The notes below the pieces were generated by a model. The model was not told the DNA's origin and did not search any database. It saw only the letters and a list, made by a program, of their open reading frames with translations. A stretch of DNA of 20,000 bases, taken from Vermamoeba vermiformis (taxonomy: Eukaryota). A program made the translations under genes and the position numbers. Each line of letters opens with the position of its first letter. Position 1 is the stretch's first letter. Positions 1 through 11,636 of this stretch are shown piece after piece. The stretch is from assembly GCA_045837725.1 (NCBI GenBank), contig JBEWZL010000093.1:49424-69423 (forward strand), given 5' to 3'.

Positions 1-3000
1 GCCAGTGATTGGCAGATTAGCTGGTCGTCTTGAATGAAATCTTCACGGAAGAACAAGAAGCCCATGATGGCGTAGATGTACAGTACCACGGCAGAGAGTA
101 ACAACTAATCCAGGTCAGTGGAGTACTTCAATTGGGGCAGGACTTACCGTGAGAATGATCGACTTGATGTTGACTGTCACGGATCTGATGACTTCTTTGA
201 GTAGAGCATTGCGTACCACGAGATCAAGTAAGTGGAATGCGAAGAAATAAGGATTGCCTGCGGGCAACAAGAAGACGCCTAACACGGCACACAGCACGTA
301 GCAGAAGTAAAACGGCACTCGTCCCGCGCTGAGGAAGTGAGCGGCAGTGAAAATCACGTTCTTTGTGTTCTTTGCGTCCAGTTCCTCCCACGAGGCCTGG
401 TGAATGTTAATACGGGACTTAACAACAAATGAGTTCTACTTACTCCTCGCTCTCGCCATCGCTTTCTCTGCTCCAATTGTCCATCGCTCATTACATTGAC
501 GTAAAAGATTAACACGGCGCCGGCTATTTGAAGCAAGCCAAGTAATAGCAAGCCAAAGAATGCCAAGTAAGACGTATTAAATGCATCCGAGAAGGTGATC
601 GATAAGTTGATGATGATCGAGAGCAACAGCGATGCGTTCAGAATATTTTGTTCTTCTTTTGCAACGCGCGAGAAAAGACTGTTTTGTGCGAGCTTTTCTC
701 GGTGGGTCATTTCTTCGAGCAAATCTTCTGACCGTTCGTAGAAATCCTGAATCTTAGTCTTCTGTGATTCGCGATTGACTTGACGAATGAGATCCTCTTT
801 TGACTTGAGCGGCAAGTTGTGGCATACAGGAAGAACTCTGAAATAGACTCGCTCGATGTTGTTGTTGCGTACAATTTCAACGCTTGCTGAACTTTTCACA
901 AAGAAATTATCGTGGGGAATGGATTGCACCAGCTTTTCCAACTACGAGCGAAACGTTAGAATAGGTAAACGGCGTTAACTAGCAAACTTACTTTGCTGTC
1001 CGAGTCGTAGGACTCTAACGTCTTGAACAAGAAGTAGAGCAAAAACCCTTCGTTGATGATTGTTTCAGTATGCTCGTCAACCTCGGTGTCTTCAGTGAGA
1101 TTAGACTCCACGAATCCGCTGACGAGTTTGAAGTCTTTGAGTAGCTCATCAAAGTTCAGCGAGTTCAGTATGTGCCGAGGGATGGCAGGGCTTGTATTGC
1201 CTTCCAGTAAACTCAACAGAGTGATGAGCATCGACTCTTTCAGCTTGTTAATCTTCGCGTGCTCTACATTCAACGTCTTCAATCTCCAAATGTAGTTGAT
1301 GGACTCGCAGAGCTTTGTGCGACTCAGCGTGATTTGATTCTCCGCTGAAGGTCCTTGGCAGTATTCAGTCAATGTCGCGAAGAGCTGAATGGCGATGTCG
1401 ATGTTGTTCTTATCGATGCCGCCTTCCAATGACTCCAAGCAGGCTGCTGTCTCGCTGATCAAATCGACGCTCTTTGCCGAGTACGGTTGCAAGCGCAACA
1501 AACTCTGCAGCTCAAGATTGTGACCTTCGCAGAGCAGCTGCAAGAATCTGAGAATTTGCTTGATGAAACCGCTATCTTTCATTTGCTTCTCTTCAGTCTG
1601 CTGTTCAAGTGCGGCTTCAGCGATGGACTTTCCAGTGAGTGAAAAACCAAGGCTAAAAGCGGAAACGAGCGCATTCTTTCGTTCTCGTTTCTGAGAATGA
1701 ATTTTGCGCTCTTCAAGGTCTTCCAGCAGCTTTCGCATCCTGGTTCGAATTTCTACGAACAAGTCGCAATTAGGATTGCTTTTGAACGTGATGAGTATCT
1801 CGGTTTGCACATGTTTGTTGCCACCATGCAGGAGCGCTATGCCGAACGAAAGAACTTCGTGAACTATGTTGCTATTGGGTACGTTGATCAACCGGAAGAT
1901 TAATTGCGTCGCTCCGAGATCGTTGAGTTGGCTCTGATATTTCTCTAGAGCCTCATTTGATGCGTCGATTAGGCCTTCTAACATAGTGCGTAGTGCTCTC
2001 ACGGTCATGAGAATGCTCGAGTTGAAGTCTCCGCTCTTAATAACATCTTCTGAGCACACGACTTCAATCAACTTGCGCAAGAACGCAGTGTCATTGGAGT
2101 CGAGATTATGCTTAAACAATTCGACTAAACGAGCTGATTCTTTTTCGTTGGTGAGAGTTGAAGAGCTGAGCAACAGTTAGTTATGACTTCTTGAAGGAAT
2201 GGTTGGCTTACCAAAAGGCATGGAAATTCTTTAAACTAGCGTGCAAGTACTGTTCCTTGCTGAGTAATTTCTTTGCCGAGAAGCTACTGAGAAAAGCTGC
2301 CACTCGATCCTCTTGCTTTTCGTTTTCACGAGGAGTTGCTTGGATCTCGTGCGCAAGAGCTTCAATTGCTTTGACATCGCCTTTAGCAGTCAAATTCTTG
2401 CTTTTCATTGCCTCGAAGCAAGTCTTCAAAGTGAAGGCCTCTTTGCTCGCGAACTCTCCTTGCAGCGAAGATGCTAACTCCACCAGATGATGCGAGATAT
2501 TGTGGCAGATATCCTGGCGAATGGCATCCAGTTTTGACTTCGTGGAGTAGAACGAGTCAAAATAAACGCGAAGGAAAGGCAACAGCTTGGTAAAAATGAA
2601 CGGTCGAAGTTGCTTCTCCAGGCGCCTACAAAAGCATTAGTGTAAGCTATTCGTTTCGAATTATTTAATAATCGGTACCTTTCAAGCAAAGCTTTGATCT
2701 TTTCTTGCTTTTCTTTCTCTTTTTGTTCCCGTTTGCGTTGCTTTTCCTCGTGTTTTTGTTGCTTCAGCAACTCTTTTTCTTCTTTTTTCTTTTCTTTGGC
2801 CAACCGCTTCTCTTCTTTCTGGTGCTCCTTTTCTTCTTGTTTTCGTTTTTTGGCTTCATCTTTATCTTTTTTAAGCTTTTCTTTCTCCGCTTTAGCGATT
2901 GGTTTCTTTACTTTCTTTTCCGGCTTTTCCTCATCGTCGCTTTCGGATGCCGAGCCAGACTTTGACTTGGAACTAGATTTGGACGAGGCACTCTTAGCGT

Positions 3001-6000
3001 CTTCGCTATCACTTTCGGACTTCGATTCATTGTCGGATTCCTTTTCTGAGTCACTTTGGTCACTTTCTGACTTACTTTCTGATTCGCTCTCTGATTCGCT
3101 CGAGCTACTCTCCGATTCACTTTCAGATTCGCTTTCGCTTTCGCTGTCACTGTAACTGGCCGACTCATCCGAGGAAAATTCCTCTTCCGAGCTGCTGACG
3201 TCATAAACATCTTCTGCTAGTTCGGCATCTTTGTTGGCACCTCGTGGTCCGTATTCTTTCACTCGCTCGATAAACAAACGCAGAGACTCCTCAGCACTTT
3301 GAAGGATTCTCCATAACTGGCTAGAATTGTCGATGTGCTTGATCTTTCGTTCTGTTTCTAAGAATCCTTCAAGAAACAGGGACAGAAACGCGCCGCGAAT
3401 AGGCGCCCAATTGCTCATGTCTGAGATTTGTTCCACAATCGTGTTGACGTCAAAAATGCTCTGGCACTTAATTTCAGCTTCGTAGATCTTTCCTTGACAA
3501 ATTATTGCGAAGAGCTCGATAAGCTTGACGCAGTACTGCATTTCTGAGTTTGTTTCTCGATAAATACGCTCATGCATCATTTTAGATCTGCAGTTATTAG
3601 AAATGTTTAACACAATTTAAAGTGTGTTTACCTTTTGCTAACGAGTTCAGGATTGTCGTAAATTATAAGCACCGATTTTTGTTTTTCTGCAAGCAAGTTT
3701 GCGAGCAGTATTTGGTTGCGACGCAATGGAATATTGTTGATAGTCAGAATAGTCTGATAAAGATTAGAAAACAAGCGTTAATTAGTAGCAACTGCTGTAA
3801 CTCACATGCAACACTTCAACATAGATCGGTAGTTTGACCTTAGCCATTTGATTCAACACTTTGCGGACGTGTGCTTCCGTTATTTGCAAGCAAATATCGC
3901 GATTATTGTGAATTATTGCGATGAGCAGCTCGGAGACTTTGATTGTCAAATCAATATCGTCGATATTCTCGAGCAGGAAATCAATGTGATTGAACATCCT
4001 TTCTTGATTTTCCGCATTGTTGCGACAAAACTAAGATAACAATTAGTACCAGTTGCGGTGACTTAAAAGTTCAGCTTACTCTTTTCAAGAATTCAAGGCA
4101 TGAATTGAGCACTTCCGTTCGATCAGAAATCTTTTTCACCTTCATGATCTTAATGACAGCGTCGTAGACCTTCAAGTGATTGAAGATTTTTTGATTCTCG
4201 AGGTGTGACCGATACACATCACCAGCAAGACTCGTCATTTGTTTGAGAATGTCTTTGAGGTCGTAGAGTTGCCGCTTGAACTCCGTAGCCATTTGCTTTC
4301 GAATGAAGCTCATGTATTGCCGTACTTGGGTGTACGTTGCCACAAACTTCTCGTCGGCAAGTATTTGAATCTTGGACTGCGCCTTCAGCAACTCTTTTTC
4401 TTGTCTACTTTTTGATTAGTACCAAACACTGATTTAGAACGGAACTTACGTAAAATTTCTGATAAGTAAGTTGGCTGCAGCACAAGACAAACGCGTGTTC
4501 GAGTTCGATACTAAACTCATCAACAACGCTAAGTACTCTGGTGTCATTAAGTGGTATTCTTTCATCACCGCCTTGACCTGGGGCGCAGTACTTTCATCGA
4601 ACTGCGTGGAGTCTTCGTAGTACTTCTTCGTCTTGATATCAATGTCCGATATCTTTGACTTCGCTGTTTCCAATAAATAGGTCAAGCGTCGGTCGATGCG
4701 GTAATCGTAAAAGTAATCCAACATGGTGCAAACGGTTTCTTTTGATTCTTCGTCATTATTAGGATCACTGAGGATTGATAGAAGGAACGGCAGCAGTTTG
4801 GCTACGTCGTCGTGTGTAAATAAGCCGATACTGAAGACTTGCTGGCATAAAAGCAAGACCGTAGACAATAGCTTGTCTTGCCCACTGTGCAAGTACTCAA
4901 ATACAAACGTCTTCAGCTTTTCGAGGTCGAATTGCATGAAAGCTAAGCATGCTTAGTAAAAAGCGACAGCTAAGGTCGAAACTTACATGATATAGAGCTT
5001 TGCGACAAAATAGTATCGCCGCCCGTTGACCTGATGTTTTGTTGCAAGTTGGACCAGAGCTAAAATATATTAGCCTTCGAAATTTCAAATATTGTTTTTA
5101 ATGCTTACTCGAGTATAGTTAATGAAGCTGACTTGTTTAACGGTGCCTTGTTTGATGCTAACTTCAATTGCCGCGAATATAAGCTTGCCCATCGAAATTC
5201 TAAAAATAGGTTAGAATTTGTCGTTTAAGAGTAGTTGGGCGAACCTGACGGGTCCAGGTAACTGATTGTCTGCCAATCCAGCCAAGGCCAGTAATAGATT
5301 GTACTTGCGAAGTACCAGCGCACCCGTAGTTACATTACCACCGTAACAAAGGTGTGCGAGCAGGTTGATGAAGTTTGTCATGTAGTCAAGCAGCTTAGGG
5401 TTATCAGTCAAGTAGGTGGCCAATTCAGTCCATTCCTTGTTTGCGGTCATCACTTTTAAGTAAACTCCGGACACACTCTTTTCATGTTGCGGAACAGTCG
5501 GCTGAAGGAAAATGAGTTACACGAGCAGCATGTACTAAACAAACACTTACTCTCGGAGAAAACAGGTTGCTGCGTGTCAAAAACGAAGTTGCACCCAAGC
5601 GATCGGTCAAAGAATCTTCGTTTGAGAGTTTTAACATTATGACCGCATCGTTGTTGTCAAGGAGCATTCGCGCAATCATAATTTGATTACGTGGTATTGA
5701 TTTTCCCAAGCACGTGCACATCGAAGATAGCAGTGTGAAGTACCTATCTAATGGTAAAACGATTGTAAAAGCGCACTGATGACGTACCTGTTGGACTTGG
5801 CTTTGTTTTCTGCTATTTTGTTTATCAAATTTCGTATTTGGATTTCGGAAATGCGTTTCAACAAGTTTTTGTTGTCTTTGATCAATTCGATGTACGTTGA
5901 TGTGCCTTTAATCGACAATGCGATCTGTAATAGGTCAGTTTTGATTTTATGAACGAAATGACTTACGTTTCCTTGAATAAGCATAGCGTACTTCGAGGCA

Positions 6001-8549
6001 TAGTTCTTGTTTAATTGGTTGTCGACAAAGATCAATCGCAGCAGAATGTTAATGTAACGGCACAATGCCAGCAGCGCATGATTTTCCGGTCTCTTAATTT
6101 CTTCGAGTTTGACTTTGTCATTGGCGAGCGTAAGATAGAGGTATTGAATAAGTACATCAATGATCTACGAATAAATGGTTATGAATGGCCTAAATTCGGT
6201 TGCATGAGTTACTTACTCCTTGTTCGCGGAACAAGTGCTGAATTTCCTGAACGGGAGAATTTAAATTTTTCAGAGTTTCGTACGCTACTGTGCCCAAATC
6301 CGTGTGCTTCACAGGGTTAACTTGTAAAATCAATTGTTGCAGTATCTTATCGATTGATTTGGCTTGTACTGCCATTGGTGCAATCTCCTCGCCTGCACTG
6401 GACACGAGCCTCTTCGCCTACTCAAATTAGCATTATTGTCAACGCAATCCTGACTTACTTGCTCAAGGTGCACTTTCAACTCCCGCAGCCTTCCGTGTAG
6501 CGTATGGAGCGCGGCAACTTCACTATGTTTCACTTTTATGACAGCAAATACATCTTTGTCCTCGAATGTCGACACGCCAGTGATCTAACCGACCTATTAG
6601 ACATTATGACCATAAGACTCTGAACTTACGCTGAGACTTTCTTCTTCTCCTTTCCGCGTGCACAAGATTTCTTGTTCGGCGTGTAGCCAACACTGAGACT
6701 TGTGATGCCTAATACGAACAAATGAACCGAATTTGACGTTTTCTGCTACCGAGGATCCCAGAGTAATCGGATGAAAAGTGAACAGAGTATTGGGTGAATT
6801 AGGCCCATCGCACGTGGTTAGCTTGATGGTTTTGCTGCTCGACTCCTCCATAATAGTTGCAAGAGAAAGTTGAGGTACTGACGTGCTCATCTTTGGTTGA
6901 GTACGTGCCATTGTGGACCGAGATTGACTAATACTGTCGTCTTCCTCAGCCGTTAAATATTTGCCAGTAGCAACGTGGCGCAGGCGATATAATTTTTCAA
7001 ACGTGGCAATACCACCTAAATAGTGTGCGTTAGTCACGTACAAAACCATAGTTGCACTACTTGCCTCGAGTATTGTTATCGAATTCTACCTCCCAAAGCG
7101 AGTTTGAGTTCGTGTAGTTCGTGCGCCGCTTGGCACTTTCGAGGCAAACTGTGTGGAACACTTAATAACATACTAGTATTAACGAAAGCACTTACCTTTT
7201 TCGAACGACTGCGCGTTTGAGTCAAAAAATCTGTCCAAATTGAACACGGAGTCGTTTCTTATTAACGAGCTGCTCGTGTCAGTTCTAAGGGACTTGGCTG
7301 ACGAAGACAAATCAAATGAGGAACCACTTCGTGACAAACTGCCTTGTGAGCTGTCGCCGTCACTGTTATCATCCGACGACTGATCAGACTCTTCATCGGT
7401 TTCTCTTTTTGCCGAAGAAGTCAGTCGCGCATTCTTCTCGAAGAGTTGTCGCTCTTCGCTGTCATTCAAAAGATACGCCTCGATTTCTTGGTGAAACAAT
7501 CTTATGGTGTCTCCAGCCTTCAAAAACTCTTCCTCAAGCGGTGAGTAATGGCTGTAAGGTACGACACGCCAACCAACGCCAGATGGATTGCTTGAGGCAT
7601 TAATTTCGCTCGCATTTTCCGCTATTAATTATTAGCTCCAACTACTTGAGTGGCTATATCGCAACTTACTTCGCGTGAGATGAACGCCCAAGTTTGGAAA
7701 TCGTTTGCTCTCCAGCACAATTTGATCACCCATAGCAACGGGCTCGCCTTCAGACCTCATCTTAAAGCGAGGAGACACAACGAACCTATTTTATCTGTCA
7801 ACAATAGCTCGAGCAATTCCTACGGATACTTACCAAGACCCTTCAGTTCCATCGGGCTCTAGTACCACCTTCAAGCAATCTTTCTCGAGGTTTGCCATTT
7901 CTTTGACGGATATAGTCACAAAGTGGCCGCTTTTCACGTGTTGGAGCTGCACAATTTGACCGTACACCACTGGCTGGCCGGCGACATTTTGACATTCGTG
8001 AATATTTTCGTCCATTTCTGTTAGTGCTGCGTCACGCAACTTCTGCAAGTCATTGCTGGCGTGTATTTCACTACTCACTCCGAGCAGTGTAGCGTTATTG
8101 TGAACCTCGTTAAACTGCTTCTGAGCATCGTATTTAAAGCGAGGGCAAACACGAAATACGCAAGCTGTGAAGTATTAGAAAGGCTGTAATTTTGATACAC
8201 TTTGCGCAACATATTTACCGTAAAAATCTGGAATAAGCGACCGCGTGGATGCCTCGAGTTTGCAATCTCGATCTGAAAATCTTAAAATAGCGTTAAAAAA
8301 ATTAAAATCAAGAAATATTATTTGTAAAAATACCCTGCAATAATATAACCATTTCCTTCTCCAGAATACAGAGAAATTCTAATAAAGATAGATTAGCTTG
8401 TGCGTATGTCACTAAGCACTGTCACTGTTCAAGGCTTAAACTTACGCATCGCCAAATTTTAACTGATTCTCATATTCGTCGCTTTTGAGTGGCGCGCGCT
8501 CTGGCAGTCCGCTTTTAAATCTGGAAATTGCTTGCGCGGCTAACCACAT
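1..8549 (-). CDS. ITPR: Inositol 1,4,5-trisphosphate receptor (IP3R/RyR superfamily Ca2+ release channel), multi-exon, 3' end runs off the window start
   Basis: ATG at 8549. The spliced N-terminus MWLAAQ...LKFGDAISLYSGEGNGYI...ACVFRVCPRFKYDAQKQF...GQPVVYGQIVQLQHVKSGHFVT matches the IP3R suppressor domain. MIR motifs: LWEVEF..RGG..YRLRHVATGKYL, SFVRIRH..SQCWLH. RIH-associated motif: ILRFLQLLCEGHNLELQSLLRLQ, TLTEYCQGP. Also SVEIVRNNNIERVYF and TM segments (FHLLDLVVRN..LKEVIRSVT, LYIYAIMGFLFF). Many short introns with GTAAGT-type donors and CTAA branch sites. Confidence 0.96.
2680..3205 (-). repeat. Low-complexity coding insertion in the IP3R: Ser/Glu/Asp block followed by a Lys/Glu block
   Basis: Within ORF 2474..3613: SSSEEEFSSDES...(SE)n...SDDEE then KPEKKVKK...EKKKEEKELLKQQKHEEKQRKREQKEKEKQEK. 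In frame and bounded by normal splice sites. Confidence 0.9.
7016..7064 (-). other. GC-AG spliceosomal intron in the IP3R gene (49 nt)
   Basis: Donor G|GCAAGT, branch CTAAC, acceptor TTTAG. This splice restores LWEVEFDNNTR-G-GIATFEKLYRLRH; the nearest GT donor breaks the frame. Confidence 0.8.
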
Positions 8550-8857
8550 TTCTATTACACGATAAATATTATTTACAAATTATGTACATTGGTGATGTAT
8601 AGATTGTTAGAAAATAATATACACAGCACAAAAAGTTGGCATTAGGCTCCTTTTTTGTATTTCTTTTGTCACAATAACGCTCCACACATATTTCTATTAT
8701 CGTCAATAGTAACCACACCACTATAGTTAAAAAAACCGATTGAGTTCGCCTATTAAGCTCATTTCCCGGAAGTTAGGAGAAGAGATCGAAGGATTATTAT
8801 TTAATCTCGGGCACTTGCAAAACGAATAATCAATTCAACGCCTTCAAATCACCACAA
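8550..8857. promoter_or_regulatory. Divergent intergenic/promoter region between the IP3R and ATP-grasp genes
   Basis: About 310-bp AT-rich spacer between two outward-facing ATGs (8549 on -, 8858 on +). Confidence 0.6.
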
Positions 8858-10389
8858 ATGACCGAAAATACAGTTTTGATTCTTGGTAAGTAATAATGTT
8901 GTTGCTAACGGATGAAAGATTTTATTTCCTATTATTGACTTCTAATATTTATTTAATCGCAGGTAGATATATTTTTCCGTTTCATGAATGGATTGGCTCA
9001 GAATTTAAAAAGATTTTATTTACATCCAGCGAGTTCAAAAAATCAATTCCGCAGTATCAAGCAAGGCAGTTTGTGCACATCGAGTATTTCGATAACTACG
9101 AGACCAATATGTGCATTGAGCTCAAAGCAGTCGAATTACACAAAAAATATGGCTTTTCGCGCGTCGTTTATCAAGCTGAACAAGATGTGTTGCGAGCAGC
9201 GCAGATTCGCGAGTTGCTCGGGTTGGTAGGCCAATCTGTAGCAAGCGCACTTCAGTTTAGAGACAAGTTAATCATGAAGGAGACTCTTTTAGCTCGACCA
9301 GATGTAGTGCAGACCATACTGATTCCAACATTCGCACGTGTTGTCGGAGTTAAATCAATCCTCGATTTCATCGCGCAACATGACTACCCTGTCGTGTAAG
9401 TTACGATGATAATAGATAGGGGATTACTAACAGTGGAGTAGCATCAAGCCGATCCGTGGAATGGGGTCGATGAATACGGCCATCGTGCACAATGTAGAGG
9501 AGCTTCAGTCCTTCCTTCGACTTGGTCTCTCGCATGACGTTGACGGTCCAATTGACTACGAAATAGAGAAGTTCATTCATGGTGAAATGTATCATATTGA
9601 CGGATTATTTTACGATGGCAAAGTGAAGCTGTGCTGGCCTTCGAAATACGTCAACACCTGCGTGGGTTTTAAATCAAATGCCTTCCTTGGTAGCTATGCC
9701 TTGCATAAAGACAATCCAATGACCGAGGCGTTGCAATCCCTGGCAGAGCCAATTTTAATGGCCTTGGACCGATCGAGCTCCTACTCGTTCCACATCGAAG
9801 TCTGGGATTTGCAACCAAATGTACCCTTCACCAAAGATGAGAATATACCACGCTCAGAGGTAAGAGAAAGGGTAACAATGTGAAGTCTAATTAGTTGTAG
9901 CGATTCGCTTTCTGTGAGGCCGCATGCCGCACGGGTGGTGCAGGAGTAGCAGCTGCTACTGTACAGCTGTTGGGCGTAGATTTGAACAAAGCATGCGTGC
10001 AATCGCAGCTTCTTGATGTTCCTTTAACTAGTCCTATTCCACTTGGCGACTTGGACTGGCGCAATCAGATCCGACACTCGAACAATGAAGTCGTTCCTCT
10101 GCACGTAAGTCGATAGCTTGTAATAAACGTAATTAACCATGATTAGTGTCGAGAGGGATGTACTGGATGGATGGTCGTGTATGGCGACCCTAACGACTAC
10201 GTTCTACCGAACCCCGATAGCGAGTGCCCAGTGAAAGGCGTGTGCTCGTGGGGTTTGATGGATCAAGGTGAAGATCGAGCTCATTGCACGGCAGGCTTTG
10301 CACAGTTTATATTTGCCTCCACGAGTGAAGAGCAAGTGCAAAAAGACATGTCAGCAGCAATTTCGTGGTTGACCAAGAATAGAAAATAA
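8858..10389 (+). CDS. ATP-grasp carboxylate-amine ligase (bacterial L-amino-acid ligase/NikS-like family); exons 8858-8885, 8963-9395, 9442-9859, 9901-10104, 10147-10389
   Basis: The spliced protein has AEQDVLRAAQIRELLGLVGQSVASALQFRDKLIMK, YPVVIKPIRGMGS, EIEKFIHGEMYHIDG, FHIEVW and FCEAACRTGG, all ATP-grasp motifs. All four introns are GT-AG and preserve the frame. Confidence 0.9.
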
Positions 10390-10554
10390 CCGCGAGAAAT
10401 TCTTGCGGAAATTGATTGCCGTTTCGTGTGAGAGTCGCGTAAGTACGCCCAAGTTGCTTTAAAATAACTTAGCTAATGCGAGTTAAGTAGTCAAACACAA
10501 ACAGAGCCCTAACTAGCAAAAAACTCACGATCTTTGGCCAAAACAACCCCAAAA

Positions 10555-11489
10555 ATGAATGATGCGAGCAACAGTGCCGAGCAAGTTGATTTTATATATA
10601 AGGTAACAAAAAAATTATTGTAAATATTCATTCGGTAATTGTAGGCCGGATTCGTTTTTTCGGATCGGCGCGATCTTAGATCCGTCGAAAATTGAAACAA
10701 TATTTTTTATACAATTTAATATCAATGCTAATGCTTTTGGCACCGTTACAAATTTATCATTATAAGTTTTTCGTTTTTTCGTCAGGTGATCTTCATCGGA
10801 AGTTGCAAGAGCGGCAAAACAAGCTATCTGCAGCGCTTGATAAAGAACAAATATTCAGATAAATATAACGAAACGATTGGAATCGATTTCGTAAGTAAAT
10901 TTATTTGTTGCGTTTGCCTCGATGTAACATCCTTTCCTAGGGCAACAAAATAGTAGTATTACCGCGGGGTATTAAAGTGGGCGTAGAAATATTCGATCTT
11001 TCGGGTAACACGCGGTTTTCAGCGGTTACCAGTTCTTACATCCGCAGTGCCGTTGGTGCACTGCTTATGTGCGACGTTACAGACAAGAGCTCATGGGGTG
11101 AAATTCCAAGTATAGTCAAGACTATGAAGGAGCATAAGGGTGAAGACTTGCCCGTAGTTATTGTCGGTACAAAAGCGGATCTCGATCACGAGCGCCAAAT
11201 CTCACGAATAGACGCGTACCTCGCGGCCGGAGAATACGAATTTCCGTACATAGAAACGAGTGCTAAAGAAGGCACAAATATTGAAGACGCACTCACAAGG
11301 TTGGTGCAGTTCATTTATGACAGGTACGTAGCATCTTCATTCTCGAAATAAAAATTAACGTTATTTTGCAGTAACAACGTAGAAATAGACGACGATTTGA
11401 CCATCGAAGAAGACGTTCCTCTCGCACAACCGCGCGTGGGATTTTTAGGTCGGATGAGCTGTTGTTGGCGAAGCGATAGCCTTGTATAA
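10555..11489 (+). CDS. Divergent Rab-family small GTPase; exons 10555-10602, 10786-10890, 10941-11323, 11372-11489
   Basis: VDFIYKVIFIGSCKSGKTS (P-loop), ETIGIDF (G2/RabF1), IFDLSGNTRFSAVTSSYIRSAVGALL (G3/RabF3-4), GTKAD (G4), ETSAK (G5), C-terminal MSCCWRSDSLV. Confidence 0.92.
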
Positions 11490-11636
11490 TAGTGTTAATA
11501 AAGCGAAATATGAATACATAAACATGAGCTTAGTTACAAGCAGAGGGATCGTGTCATGTTCCAATTTAGCGATGGGCTAAAAATGGAAGTAGAAAACAAA
11601 TCTTTGCTAGATCAAACATTTTAAAAGTTAACGTAA

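Noticed and set aside
2694-3210. Phe/Ser/Leu-rich and alternative-frame ORFs over the IP3R insertion (also 15570-16038 and 18592-18795)
   Set aside because: These are antisense or off-frame shadows of low-complexity charged coding sequence.
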